Assembly: GCA_963727445.1 (NCBI GenBank)
Contig: CAVSGI010000010.1
Location: forward strand, 1,512,621-1,576,620
Direction of reading: 5' to 3'
Length of the DNA stretch: 64,000 bases
Source: an uncultured delta proteobacterium
GTDB lineage: Bacteria; Myxococcota_A; Polyangia; Polyangiales; B10-G4
The translations under genes and the position numbers were made by a program. The notes under the pieces are model-generated. The model saw only the letters and a program-made list of their open reading frames with translations, made no database searches and was not told the DNA's origin. This document shows positions 19,623-29,886 of this stretch, piece by piece (position 1 is the first letter of the stretch; each line of letters starts with the position of its first letter).

Positions 19623-20788
19623 GGGGCGATCTCCGTGCGCAGGGAGAGCATCCCGAAAGGCGTCGTACCGAAGGCGTCGGTGTCGTAGACGAAGGAGAGG
19701 CCGCCGGCGACGCGAAAGCCGATCGCGAAGGAGTCCGAGAGCTCCCACATGAAGCCGATGTGCGCGCCCGTCACCACGCCGAAGTAGGGGGCGACCTGCG
19801 CGACGCTGGTGATGACGCCGCCTCCCGCCGGCCGGGCGGGGCTAGTGCCGCCGGCGATCAACAGCGCCGCGAAGCCGCCGATGTCGAAGCGCCCACTGTG
19901 GCTCGCTCCCACGCGGGTGAGGTCGAGGCCGAGGGTGCCCGCGGGCGCGGGCCGGTCGACGTATTGCACGACGCCCTGGCCGAAGACGTCGAGGCGGAGA
20001 TACCGGCCCAGGTAGAAGCCGAAGCCGACCTCGGCGCCGGTCGCGACGAAGGCCGTCATGAGGCTCGCGCTCAAGAGCGCGCCGCTCCGCGGCATCGCCG
20101 CCTCTTCGCCGGTCGAATCCTCGGCCGAGGCTCGTGCGGCCGCCTCTTCAGGCGTCGGGGCGTCGACCGCGGCTGCACCGGTGGGCACGACGACCACGGC
20201 CGGCGTGGACGCGTCGACCGGATCCGCCAGCGCGCCCGCCGTCTCTTCGGCTCCGCCGGCGACCGCCTCGACCTCGACGTCACCGCTCGGCGTCTCCACC
20301 TGTACGTGCACGCGCACCGGACCACTCGCCGCCGCCGGCGCGATCACCGGATCGAGGAGCTCGCCAATCAGGCTCGCCGCGACGGCGGCGAAGGTGCGCG
20401 CATCGAGGCTCTCTGCCGGCGCGGGGAGCGGCGCGTCCCGGAGGTGGTCGGTCTCGGGATCCACGACGCGAAGGAGGTCGCCCGTCTCGGCGCCTGGATG
20501 CTCGACCCACACCGCGAAGGCCGCGCCCAGCTGACGCGCCGCGCTTTGCGCTGCGCCCGCACGAAGCAGCGGCGTCGCTCCAGTGGGGCTCGGCGCGACC
20601 ACCACCTCCGCGCCTCGCGCGGCGAGCTCCACCTTCAGCCCATCGGCGAGCTCGATGGCGCGAGGCCCATCGTGCAGGAGGACCACCCGCTGCTGGGCCT
20701 GGGGTTGTGCTCGGGCGCTGGCCGCGAGGCTCACCGTCACGAACCCGGCGGCGGCGAAAGCGAAGAGGAGCCGGAATGGCGAAGTCAT
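19619..20788 (-). CDS. Exported protein with probable C-terminal beta-barrel
   Basis: Signal peptide, alternating hydrophobic strands; coupled to the ECF gene. Confidence 0.65.
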   Translation of the reverse strand: MTSPFRLLFAFAAAGFVTVSLAASARAQPQAQQRVVLLHDGPRAIELADGLKVELAARGAEVVVAPSPTGATPLLRAGAAQSAARQLGAAFAVWVEHPGAETGDLLRVVDPETDHLRDAPLPAPAESLDARTFAAVAASLIGELLDPVIAPAAASGPVRVHVQVETPSGDVEVEAVAGGAEETAGALADPVDASTPAVVVVPTGAAAVDAPTPEEAAARASAEDSTGEEAAMPRSGALLSASLMTAFVATGAEVGFGFYLGRYLRLDVFGQGVVQYVDRPAPAGTLGLDLTRVGASHSGRFDIGGFAALLIAGGTSPARPAGGGVITSVAQVAPYFGVVTGAHIGFMWELSDSFAIGFRVAGGLSFVYDTDAFGTTPFGMLSLRTEIAP

Positions 20789-20899
20789 GTCCCCCAAGTG
20801 CGCGGGCAGCCCCCGCGCGTTCCAAAAAAGCCGGTGGAGCCTACGGCAGATTCGGCAATCGGCACGCCGCGGCGATTTGTGGAGGAATCTCGGGGGGGC

Positions 20900-21556
20900 T
20901 CACTGGGGCAGCGGGAAATGGACGGCGGCGCCCGGACGGAAGGTCGGGGCGGCGACGTTGATCCCGAGGATGCCGAGGGTCGTCAGAAGCACCCCCGAGC
21001 CGAGGACGATCCCGCCGGCGAGGGCGGTGTCGTCGTCTCCGTTGGAGAGGCCGGAGGGGAGCAGGACGATGCCGGTGATCGCCGCGGCGACGCCCAGCAG
21101 CGTCGCGAGGATGCTGACGACGCGCAGGCCCACGAGACCGTCGTCCCACTCGCCGAGGGCTCGGCGATAGACGGTGGTGCCTGGGGAGACGTGCACCAAC
21201 TCGGTGTCGATGCGGTCGCCCCCGCCGACGAGCGGAAACGCCAGCAGCACGTTGCCCGGCGGCATGTCGAGCACACATGGTGACGCCGGGCAGAGGACCT
21301 CGTAGCTCTCGGTGAACCAGTAGGTCTGCCGCCCGTCGGACTTGGTTCGTTCGTTGGCGACCATCGTCACGTGCTCGACCTGGGTGGGGCCGTTGGCGAC
21401 ATCGACGATGAGCCGCCCCTGCCCCACCACCGGAGGCGGACCCTGCACCGTGGGCGGGGTCGCGTCCGGCATCGCCACCGGGGGCAGCTTCTTCACGCAA
21501 CCGGTCGCGAGGCCGACGAGCAATAGCGTGGCGAAGGGGAGGAAGAAACGAAACAT
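20900..21556 (-). CDS. Lipoprotein with C-terminal TM helices
   Basis: Lipobox ATGC, two TM segments. Confidence 0.7.
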   Translation of the reverse strand: MFRFFLPFATLLLVGLATGCVKKLPPVAMPDATPPTVQGPPPVVGQGRLIVDVANGPTQVEHVTMVANERTKSDGRQTYWFTESYEVLCPASPCVLDMPPGNVLLAFPLVGGGDRIDTELVHVSPGTTVYRRALGEWDDGLVGLRVVSILATLLGVAAAITGIVLLPSGLSNGDDDTALAGGIVLGSGVLLTTLGILGINVAAPTFRPGAAVHFPLPQ

Positions 21557-21591
21557 GGGCTAGACCAGAGTCGACGACGAAGCGGGGGAGT

Positions 21592-22587
21592 GTGAATATT
21601 CAACGGGCGGCGCCAGTCGCGCCAGTCTGGAATCAAGTGTCCTGGCACAACGCGCAATACCTTCTGATCGGCGGCTTGGTGGTGGCCGGGACGGCGGGGT
21701 GCGGCGTGCGCATCTCGGGCAATCATCCGGGGCTCACGATCGTGGGTGCGGGGCAGGTTCAGGGACAGGTCCAGGGACAGGTGCAGGTCCAGGCGCCGCC
21801 GCCGCCCGACGTGAACGTGAGCGTCCAGTACGACCAGCCGGTCTCGCTGACCAACGCGCCTGTCGCGGAGTTCTTCGGCATCCCCATCGAGGGCGCCCAG
21901 GACGTGATCTTCGTCCTCGATCGCTCGGGGTCGATGAGTGGAGCGGCCAGCAGCAACATCGCCGTCGCGGCGCAGCGCACGCCGACGCCGCCGCCGATCG
22001 GGCCCAACACGACACCGGCGGATTCGAACGGACCCGTGATCGTCGATCCCAACGCGACGAACGCGCCTTACGCGACGACCGGCACGGGTGCGACGACCAC
22101 CGGCACCAGTGCGACGACCACCCAGCCCAACGCGGCCCCTGCACCGCCGCCATCGCCTGCGAGGCCGTCGAAGATCGAAGTCGCGCGCGCCGAGCTCGAG
22201 GAGGCGGTGGAACGGCTGCCCGATGGAACGCGCCTGAACATCCTCTTCTTCGACGACGCCCTCGAGGCCGTCGGGCCGACACTGATCACCCTGGAGGCGG
22301 GCTCGCGCGAAGCAATCGCGGCCTTCCTCACCGAGGCCACCCCCAGAGGCTCCACCGCCCTCGCCCCCGCGATGCGCACGGCGCTGTTGATGAACCCGAG
22401 CCGCGTGGTGCTCCTCTCCGATGGCCTCGCCAACGTCGGCGGCGACTCCGACGACATCCTGCGCGACGCCCGCGAAGCGATGACCGGCGGCGTGCGCATC
22501 GACACCGTGGGCCTCGGCGCGGGGCACGACACCCGACTCCTGCGCTCGCTCGCGCAGGAAAGTGGCGGCCTCTACCAGGCGCTCTGA
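21592..22587 (+). CDS. von Willebrand factor A domain lipoprotein
   Basis: FVLDRSGSM MIDAS, GSTAL, VVLLSDGLAN; start uncertain. Confidence 0.85.
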   Translation: MNIQRAAPVAPVWNQVSWHNAQYLLIGGLVVAGTAGCGVRISGNHPGLTIVGAGQVQGQVQGQVQVQAPPPPDVNVSVQYDQPVSLTNAPVAEFFGIPIEGAQDVIFVLDRSGSMSGAASSNIAVAAQRTPTPPPIGPNTTPADSNGPVIVDPNATNAPYATTGTGATTTGTSATTTQPNAAPAPPPSPARPSKIEVARAELEEAVERLPDGTRLNILFFDDALEAVGPTLITLEAGSREAIAAFLTEATPRGSTALAPAMRTALLMNPSRVVLLSDGLANVGGDSDDILRDAREAMTGGVRIDTVGLGAGHDTRLLRSLAQESGGLYQAL

Positions 22588-22597
22588 TCGGAGCGGC

Positions 22598-23482
22598 TCA
22601 CGACTCGTCGAGCTGAAGCGCCGAGAGATCCGGAAGCTCGTCGAGGTTCGGGACGAGGGCGATCTCGATGCGCCGGTTCTGCTGGCGCCCTTCCTCGGTG
22701 TCGTTGGAGCCGACGGGCTGGGTGTCGGCGTAGCCGGCGGCGGAGAGGCGCTGTGCTCCGAGGCCCTGCTCGATCATCAGCTTGACGACGTTGACCGCGC
22801 GCGCCGTGGAGAGCTCCCAGTTCGAAGGGAAACGACTTGTGTGAATCGGCACGTTGTCGGTGTGGCCCGCGACGCGGAACTGGCGGTCCACAATGCTCGC
22901 GAGGACCTCCGAGACCTGCTCGAGGACCTCGCGCCCCTCGGGCTTGATCCGGTCTCGGCCGCTGTCGAAGAGGACCGCCTCGGGCAGCTCGACCACGATC
23001 TGGTTGCGCACGACGCGAACGCGAAGGCGACCGGCGCTAATCATCTCGCTGAAGCGCTGCAAGAGCGACCGGTACGTCTCGAGGCGCGTGCGCGCCAAAC
23101 GCTCGCGTGCTCGAAGGTCTTCGAGCGCCCGCTGCGCTGCCTCGAGGTCCGCCGAGAACGCCGCCTCGTCTTCGGCGTGCATCCGCGCGAGATCGCCCAC
23201 CGCCGCCTCCGCCGCTTCGAGCTGACGCCGGAGCGTGTCGTTGTCTCGTTCGAGTCGCTCCACCGGCGTGCCCAGCTCGTTGACGATCCGGCTGAGGTGG
23301 TCGAGCTGCTCGTGGGCGCGCTCGACGTCTCGCGCCAGGCCCTGCTCCCGGCCGCGCGCGCTATCGAGCTCGGTCTGAAGCTCGAGGATCTGCCGGTCGC
23401 GCGCCTCGAGCTGGGCGTGAGCCCCGCATCCGGTAGCGACGACCGCCGTCGCGGCAATCAACATGAGAGCGAGCTTCTTCAT
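22598..23482 (-). CDS. OmpA/MotB-like peptidoglycan-binding lipoprotein
   Basis: Lipobox ATGC, coiled coil, LFDSG, GHTDN, NWELSTARA, NRRIEI. Confidence 0.9.
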   Translation of the reverse strand: MKKLALMLIAATAVVATGCGAHAQLEARDRQILELQTELDSARGREQGLARDVERAHEQLDHLSRIVNELGTPVERLERDNDTLRRQLEAAEAAVGDLARMHAEDEAAFSADLEAAQRALEDLRARERLARTRLETYRSLLQRFSEMISAGRLRVRVVRNQIVVELPEAVLFDSGRDRIKPEGREVLEQVSEVLASIVDRQFRVAGHTDNVPIHTSRFPSNWELSTARAVNVVKLMIEQGLGAQRLSAAGYADTQPVGSNDTEEGRQQNRRIEIALVPNLDELPDLSALQLDES

Positions 23483-23558
23483 TCGTCCTCCGACCTGCGG
23501 CGACGTAGTCGCCGCGCGACGTTTGACCACCCCTTGGCGGCGCGAAGGGGGTGCACAC

Positions 23559-24011
23559 ATGACGTCCGCCATGTCTGCGCTGAAGCTCGGGCTCGTGTCG
23601 TTTCTGATCGTGCTCTCGGGGTGCATCCCCTGGAGCTACGAGTACTCGTACACCGTATCGACCCGACCGCCGGCGCCCTACGCCGAGGTGGTCGGCGTCG
23701 CTCCTGCCCCTGGCTACGTCTGGATCAACGGCTACTGGTGGTGGGACGGGGGCCAGTACACCTGGATTCGCGGCTACTGGGCGCCGCCACCGCAGCCGGG
23801 CTACGTCTGGGTGAGAAACGGCTGGGTGAATCAGGGCGGACATTACGTGTTCGTCCGAGGCCACTGGTCGGCGCCCACCGTGCACGTGCGCACGCGTTAC
23901 GTTCACCCGGCGCCTCGCGTCCGGGTTCGGCCCGGAGCCCGCTATCGATACGTCCAGCCGCGACCCGGACGGCGGGCGCCGCCGCGCGGGCGACCACGGC
24001 GACACCGGTGA
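23559..24011 (+). CDS. YXWGXW-repeat lipoprotein
   Basis: Lipobox LSGC, PGYVWINGYWWW/YTWIRGYW repeats. Confidence 0.85.
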   Translation: MTSAMSALKLGLVSFLIVLSGCIPWSYEYSYTVSTRPPAPYAEVVGVAPAPGYVWINGYWWWDGGQYTWIRGYWAPPPQPGYVWVRNGWVNQGGHYVFVRGHWSAPTVHVRTRYVHPAPRVRVRPGARYRYVQPRPGRRAPPRGRPRRHR

Positions 24012-24098
24012 GGCAGAGTGCCTCGCGCCTCTCCGAGACGTCACTGTTTTCGGAGGGGGTCCATCGTGGCATCCTCTCGTCCGGGCCGAGGGGAATCG

Positions 24099-24848
24099 AT
24101 GCTTCGCACACTGGTCTGCTTCCTGTTGCTGTTGGCCCTGCGACTCGTCGTTGCGCCGGCAGCACATGCACAGCAGACCGCCGGTTCGGACGACGAGCGC
24201 GCCCGCGTCCACTTCGAATCGGGCGGCGTGCACTTCGAGGCGGGGGACTACGAAAGCGCGCTCCGCGAGTTCGACGCCGCCTACGCGCTGAGCCACCGGC
24301 CCGAGCTCCTCTACAACATCTATCTCTGTGAGGAGCGCCTCGGTCATCTGCCCGAGGCCATCGAGAAGCTCGAGGCGTTTCTCTCGAGCGACCTGGACAT
24401 CCCGAACCGCGACACGCTCACTCAGCGCCTCGAGAACCTGAGGCGCCGCGAGGCGGGCGACACTTCCGTCTCCATCGAGCCCGAAGAGCCGGCAGCGACC
24501 GAGACGGAATCGTCGGGAGCGAACGTGCCGGCGATCGTCTCCTTCGTGACCGGTGGCGTGGGCGCCGTGCTCTGGGGCACCTTCGGCATCCTCGCGGCGC
24601 TCGAGCACTCGGACCTGAACGGCACCTGCGGCGCGGATTGCCCGCCAGGGGACGTCGACCCACTCCGCACTTTCGACATCGTCGCCGACATCGGCTTCGG
24701 CGTGACCCTCGCCGGCGCTGCGCTGGGCGTCGTCTTCCTGCTGATCGGCTCGGGCGACTCGGACGACGATCCGGACACGCGAGCCATGCGCATCGCTCCC
24801 TTCGCCGGACCGACCTCGGCGGGGCTCACCGTCGCCGGGAGGCTCTGA
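24099..24848 (+). CDS. TPR-containing exported protein with C-terminal TM helices
   Basis: Same architecture as 109-858 (LLYNI..C TPR). Confidence 0.8.
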   Translation: MLRTLVCFLLLLALRLVVAPAAHAQQTAGSDDERARVHFESGGVHFEAGDYESALREFDAAYALSHRPELLYNIYLCEERLGHLPEAIEKLEAFLSSDLDIPNRDTLTQRLENLRRREAGDTSVSIEPEEPAATETESSGANVPAIVSFVTGGVGAVLWGTFGILAALEHSDLNGTCGADCPPGDVDPLRTFDIVADIGFGVTLAGAALGVVFLLIGSGDSDDDPDTRAMRIAPFAGPTSAGLTVAGRL

Positions 24849-26246
24849 GTGACGCGCCTGCTACTCACGCTCACCCTGGCGCTGGCGCTCGGCGGTTGCT
24901 CGATCTTCTTCGATCCCAATTCGCATCTGGCGGGAGGCGGCGGATCGGATGCAGGGTCGGACGGTGGCGCCGTCGATGGGAGCCCCGATGCGCCCGTTGA
25001 TGGGGGTGAGCTGGACGCCGATGCTTCGGGCGACGGAGGCCTTCCGGCGTGCCCAACGGCGGTGGGCACGAGGAACACAGTCGTCGACTCCTCCGTGCCG
25101 GCGACGGCCTCCGGCGATTGGGCAACCCTCGGGCAGAACCTCGATGGTCTCGCACTTGTGGAGCTGATGCCGGCGGCGTCCGGCGGCACCCCGCTCGTCG
25201 ACGTGGACATCATGACCGATGCCAGCAGGCTCGTCGCCGGTTTCCTCTCCGCCGCCACCGGTGCGAATCCGACGGTCAACGCGGTCGCCTATGACTACTC
25301 GCCCAGCGTGGGATTCGACGCGCGGTCGGCCAGCACAGTCGACGGTATCGCATCGACGGATTCGGCGCGGTGGATCGCATTCGCGTCGGGCGGGGGCCGC
25401 CTCGAAGTCCTCGTCGCCGGCGAGAGCGTCAGCGACTCGGGCGTGTGGAGCGTCGCCACGGACAGCACCGCCGCCCCGGCGAGTTGGGACAGTCTTGCCT
25501 CGCGAAGCGGTGCCGGCCCCACCTGGGGGCGCGTGGCCTTTACAGAGACTCACATGGTGGTCGTGAAGCCCGCGGGCTCGGGCGACACCTGTATCCCCGA
25601 TGGCGTCGCCCTGCAGTCCATCCGTCGAGACATGATGGACGTCCCTGTCGAGATCGCCTTCCCGATGCTCGGGACGGCCGACGGCGCCGAGCTGGACGGC
25701 TCGCGCGGGCCGATGCTGGTCGCGTCTCGCACCGACGAGGCCGTGTACATCTGGGACGGCGTCGCACCCGACGCTTTCGACCTGTCCACGCCGGGCCGCT
25801 CGGGCCCCGCCGCCATCGCGTACATGGGAGACAACGACTATCTGCTCGCGTTCGCCGTCGCCGACGACATCGCACTCTGGTGGATGACGTGCGACACGGA
25901 CGGCTCGGAGGTGCAGTGCGACAAGTCTTTCGACAACTCTCGGGGCGCAGGGATGGCCGGCCGGGTCGCGCTCGCGGGCTTCGATGGCGGGGCGGTGCTG
26001 GTGTTCGAGAACACCGTCGGAATGCCCGGCACTCACGAGCTCGAGGTTCAAGCCATCGACGCCCGCGGAGGAGACCTGATCGCGAGCGCGCGTGTTCCCC
26101 TCGCCGACGAGGCCGCCGCGGTGCTCGACCTGGCGGTCGACATCCACTTCCCCACCGTGGGCATCGTCTGGACCGAAGGTAGTCCCGGCAGCATGACCGC
26201 AGACACCGTCCAGATGGCAGCGCTCGCGGCCCAGTCGATGCCGTGA
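24849..26246 (+). CDS. Hypothetical lipoprotein
   Basis: Lipobox LGGC, DAG linker, beta-rich body. Confidence 0.75.
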   Translation: MTRLLLTLTLALALGGCSIFFDPNSHLAGGGGSDAGSDGGAVDGSPDAPVDGGELDADASGDGGLPACPTAVGTRNTVVDSSVPATASGDWATLGQNLDGLALVELMPAASGGTPLVDVDIMTDASRLVAGFLSAATGANPTVNAVAYDYSPSVGFDARSASTVDGIASTDSARWIAFASGGGRLEVLVAGESVSDSGVWSVATDSTAAPASWDSLASRSGAGPTWGRVAFTETHMVVVKPAGSGDTCIPDGVALQSIRRDMMDVPVEIAFPMLGTADGAELDGSRGPMLVASRTDEAVYIWDGVAPDAFDLSTPGRSGPAAIAYMGDNDYLLAFAVADDIALWWMTCDTDGSEVQCDKSFDNSRGAGMAGRVALAGFDGGAVLVFENTVGMPGTHELEVQAIDARGGDLIASARVPLADEAAAVLDLAVDIHFPTVGIVWTEGSPGSMTADTVQMAALAAQSMP

Positions 26247-26354
26247 AGATCCCACCCGGCCAGCTCCCGAGCGAAGACGTCCCGCTCCTCGCGCGGCCGG
26301 GATATCGGGGGTAGACCCCTCGCGGGTGAGCGCCGGAGGCCTTAGATACTCTCC

Positions 26355-27230
26355 GTGGCCCGCCTCTCGGATCGCCTGCCCGAAAACGCGGACGGCGCGT
26401 GGTACGTCGACGACTCGTGCATCGACTGCGGGATCTGCCGTGAGGTGGCGCCGACGGTGTTCACCAGCGCTCAGAGCCGAACGGAGCAGTCGTACGTGGG
26501 ACGACAGCCGGAGGGCGAGGCGGAGCTTCGGCGCGCGGCGATGGCGCTGGTCGCCTGCCCGACGAGCTCGATCGGAACGACCGATCGCGGGGTCGACGTG
26601 CGCGCGGCGGGGGCTGCGTTTCCGGAGGAGGTGGACCAGGGCGTCTACTTCTGTGGCTACGCGGCCGAGTCGTCCTTCGGCGCGCAGAGCTGGCTCATCG
26701 TGCGCCCCGAGGGCAACGTGCTCGTCGACTCGCCGCGCTTCGCCCGCCCCCTCGCCGAGCGCCTCGAGGCGATGGGCGGCGTCGACCTCATGTTCCTGAC
26801 CCATCGCGACGACGTCGCCGACCACGCGAAGTTCGCGAAGCGCTTCGGGTGCCGGCGCATCCTCCACGAAGCGGATCGCGCCGCGGGCACGCGCGATGTC
26901 GAGTGGCTCCTCGAGGGCGACGCGCCCATCGAGCTCGCGTCCGATCTGTTGGCGATCCCGGTCCCTGGCCACACGCGCGGCAGCACCGTACTGCTGCACC
27001 GCGAGCGGCACCTCTTCACCGGTGACCACCTCTGGCAGACGGAGCGCACCGGCCGCCTCCACGCATCGCGAAGCGTGTGCTGGTACTCCTGGCCGAAGCA
27101 GAAGAAGAGCGTCGAGCGCCTCCTTTCGCGCGACTTCACCTGGGTGCTCCCCGGCCACGGACGGCGCCACCACACGTCCAGCGCCGCGGAGATGCAGGCC
27201 GAGCTTCGCGCGTTGATCGACGCGATGTGA
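26355..27230 (+). CDS. Ferredoxin-MBL fold hydrolase fusion
   Basis: CIDCGIC...CP N-terminus; THRDDVADH, GHTRG, FTGDH, PGHG. Confidence 0.9.
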   Translation: MARLSDRLPENADGAWYVDDSCIDCGICREVAPTVFTSAQSRTEQSYVGRQPEGEAELRRAAMALVACPTSSIGTTDRGVDVRAAGAAFPEEVDQGVYFCGYAAESSFGAQSWLIVRPEGNVLVDSPRFARPLAERLEAMGGVDLMFLTHRDDVADHAKFAKRFGCRRILHEADRAAGTRDVEWLLEGDAPIELASDLLAIPVPGHTRGSTVLLHRERHLFTGDHLWQTERTGRLHASRSVCWYSWPKQKKSVERLLSRDFTWVLPGHGRRHHTSSAAEMQAELRALIDAM

Positions 27231-27233
27231 GCG

Positions 27234-27716
27234 CTACGTGAAGGGCGTCCCGTCCTTGCGCGTCATCCGCCAGGCGCCGTTCTCCATCACCGCGGCGATG
27301 TCGTCGTCCGGATACGTGACCGCGTCGCCCTCGAGGCGATCGCCGATCTCGAGGTAGCCCGCGTCGGCGTCCGAGCGGTTCATCAGGTGATGCGCGTTGC
27401 CCGTTCCGCCAGGAAACCCCGCGCACATGCCCGCGGTGAGCAGCGTCTCGCCCTCGTCGGTGACGAGCGTCAGCTCACCCCACAGGACGTAGACCAGCTC
27501 GTCCTGCTTCGCGTGCGCATGACGCAACGCAGACATCGAGCCCGGCGCAATCGTGGTGAGGTTCACGCCGAAATTCGTGAGCCCGAAGAGATCTCCGAGC
27601 CGCCGTTTCACGCGTCCACTCACCCGCTCGGCAAACTCCGCCGGATAGTTCGTCTTCTTCGCCTGCGGCGCCACGTCCTCCGCCACGACCGCAACCGGCG
27701 TCTCGCGCTCGTTCAT
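27234..27716 (-). CDS. Cupin domain protein
   Basis: RHAHAKQDELVYVL, NAHHL. Confidence 0.9.
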   Translation of the reverse strand: MNERETPVAVVAEDVAPQAKKTNYPAEFAERVSGRVKRRLGDLFGLTNFGVNLTTIAPGSMSALRHAHAKQDELVYVLWGELTLVTDEGETLLTAGMCAGFPGGTGNAHHLMNRSDADAGYLEIGDRLEGDAVTYPDDDIAAVMENGAWRMTRKDGTPFT

Positions 27717-27791
27717 CTCGGCACCTCCTGTCACGAAGGTGGTGCCGGCGCGTGCAGATGGCGAGATTGATTCGTGGATCGACGGGTGACG

Positions 27792-27977
27792 TCAGCGACG
27801 GGGGCGCATCGCGTCGCGGAGCCATCCGGCGAGCTCCTCGTCGCTGACCTGTGCGCGGATCTCCGCGAAGCTGCTCTCGAGGTCGTGGCCGAGGGTACGC
27901 GCGAGGCGGATGGGCTCACGCATCCCGGGCGAGTGAAGCCACATGCTGACGAGGGTGGGGTCGGAGGCGGTCTGCAT
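27792..27977 (-). CDS. Small hypothetical protein
   Basis: Fills the intergenic gap; plausible composition only. Confidence 0.35.
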   Translation of the reverse strand: MQTASDPTLVSMWLHSPGMREPIRLARTLGHDLESSFAEIRAQVSDEELAGWLRDAMRPRR

Positions 27978-28077
27978 GCGGGAAGGATCACGCAAGCCCG
28001 CGCGTCATTCAAGTCCGCGCGGCACGTCGATTGAGGACTGGCACCACCCGCGTTTGGCGCCATAGTCCGGCGGCCCC

Positions 28078-29532
28078 ATGCCGTCTGTGTCGTCCCATCG
28101 TCCTCTGACCGTCGTGGCGCTGATGATGTCGATGTTCATGGCGGCCATGGAGGCGACCGTCGTGGCGACGGCGATGCCGACGGTCATCAGCGAGCTCGGG
28201 GGCATCGCGCTCTACGGCTGGCTCGGCGCCGCCTATCTCCTGGCCTCGACGGTCACCGTTCCCCTCTACGGCAAGCTCGCCGATCGTCACGGCCGCAAGC
28301 CGATCCTGATGGGCGGCATCACCCTCTTCCTCCTCGGCTCGTTGGCGAGCGGCAGCGCCACCACCATCGAGCTCCTCATCGTCTTGCGCGCGGTGCAGGG
28401 CCTCGGCGCGGGCGCGATGCAGCCCATCGTGCTCACGATCATCGGCGACCTCTACACGCCGGCCGAGCGCGGGCGCGTGCAGGGGCTCTTCGGCGCGGTG
28501 TGGGGCGTGGCCGGCGTGAGCGGACCGATCCTCGGTGGGACCATCGTCGCCCTCGCCTCGTGGCGCTGGGTCTTCTGGATCAACATCCCCTTCGGGCTGG
28601 CCGCGATGACGGTGCTCTGGTTTTTCTATCACGAAGAGCCTCGCACCCGTGCCGCCGCACCGCCCGACGTCCTCGGTGCGCTCGCGATCCTCCTTTCGTC
28701 GACGGCGCTGCTGCTCGCGGCGAGCGGCGTCCTGCCCGTGCTCGACGTCGCGCTCGGTGTGGTGATGGCCGTCCTCTTCATCGTCATCGAGCGTCGGGCC
28801 CGCGATCCGCTCCTCCCCATCGATCTCGTGACGCGCCCGCGCATCGCGGTCGCCGCCGCGGCGTCGCTCCTTCTCGGCGTGGCGATGATGGGCGTCCTCG
28901 TCTACCTGCCGCTTCACGTGCAGGGGGTGCTCTCGGGCGCGCCGACCGAAGCGGGCCTGGTGATCGCGCCGATGCTCGTCGGCTGGCCCCTCGCCTCGGC
29001 GATGACGAGCCGAATGCTGATGCGCATCGGCTACCGGCTGCCGATCCGGATCGGCGCCGTCGTCGCGACCATTGGCACCGTGGCGCTCTCCTTTCTGACG
29101 GGCGCGCGCGCACCGCTGTGGATGCTCGGATCGAGCATGTTCGTCTTCGGCCTCGGGATGGGCCTCGCGAACACCGCGCTCGTCATCGGCGTACAGGCGA
29201 GCGTCGGCTACGAACAGCGGGGCGTGGTCACGGCGCTGACCCAGTTCTCGCGGACCATGGGTGGCGCGCTCGGCGTCGGTGCCATCGGCGCGCTTCTCGC
29301 CGCGCGCCTCGGGGCCGCCCTGCCGCCCGAGACCGTGACCGCCCTCCTCGACGCCCACGACCGCGCCGGCGCAGCGCGCGACCCGGCGGTGCTCGACGTC
29401 CTCGGCTCGGCCCTCGACCCGCTCTTCTGGGTCGGCGCCATCGCCACCGGCCTCGCGGTGCTGGTGGTGTTGCGACAGCCGGCCGACGACGTGCACGATC
29501 CGGTGGTGCCAGCCCCGGCCCACGCAGAGTGA
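28078..29532 (+). CDS. MFS multidrug transporter (DHA2/EmrB-QacA type)
   Basis: ATVVATAMPT, GKLADRHGRK, WRWVFWINIP, many TMs. Confidence 0.92.
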   Translation: MPSVSSHRPLTVVALMMSMFMAAMEATVVATAMPTVISELGGIALYGWLGAAYLLASTVTVPLYGKLADRHGRKPILMGGITLFLLGSLASGSATTIELLIVLRAVQGLGAGAMQPIVLTIIGDLYTPAERGRVQGLFGAVWGVAGVSGPILGGTIVALASWRWVFWINIPFGLAAMTVLWFFYHEEPRTRAAAPPDVLGALAILLSSTALLLAASGVLPVLDVALGVVMAVLFIVIERRARDPLLPIDLVTRPRIAVAAAASLLLGVAMMGVLVYLPLHVQGVLSGAPTEAGLVIAPMLVGWPLASAMTSRMLMRIGYRLPIRIGAVVATIGTVALSFLTGARAPLWMLGSSMFVFGLGMGLANTALVIGVQASVGYEQRGVVTALTQFSRTMGGALGVGAIGALLAARLGAALPPETVTALLDAHDRAGAARDPAVLDVLGSALDPLFWVGAIATGLAVLVVLRQPADDVHDPVVPAPAHAE

Positions 29533-29627
29533 GCGTCGAATGACTCGGTGTCATGGCGCTCGCCGGGGCAAACGCGTGCGCGGGTGCTGACGCATCCGTC
29601 AGCGTGGGCCGGCGAGCGCCGCTTGAC

Positions 29628-29828
29628 CTACGACGGCTCGGGCTTCGCGCCCTTGTAGAACCACAGCGTCGCGGCGGCGCCGAGACCGATGGCCGCGAAG
29701 ATCCCCTGCACGACGACCGCGGTCGTCGAAGCACCGCCGAAGTACGCGATCACCGTGACCGCAGAACGGTCGGCCGCGAATCCGAGCGCGATCAGGGTCA
29801 GGGCTATCTGCCAGAGTGGACGATGCAT
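29628..29828 (-). CDS. Small membrane protein
   Basis: Two hydrophobic segments. Confidence 0.45.
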   Translation of the reverse strand: MHRPLWQIALTLIALGFAADRSAVTVIAYFGGASTTAVVVQGIFAAIGLGAAATLWFYKGAKPEPS

Positions 29829-29886
29829 GACTCGTTCATCACATAAGCGCCTGGCGGGCGCGCGCCATTCCCAGCGCGGGGACCGG

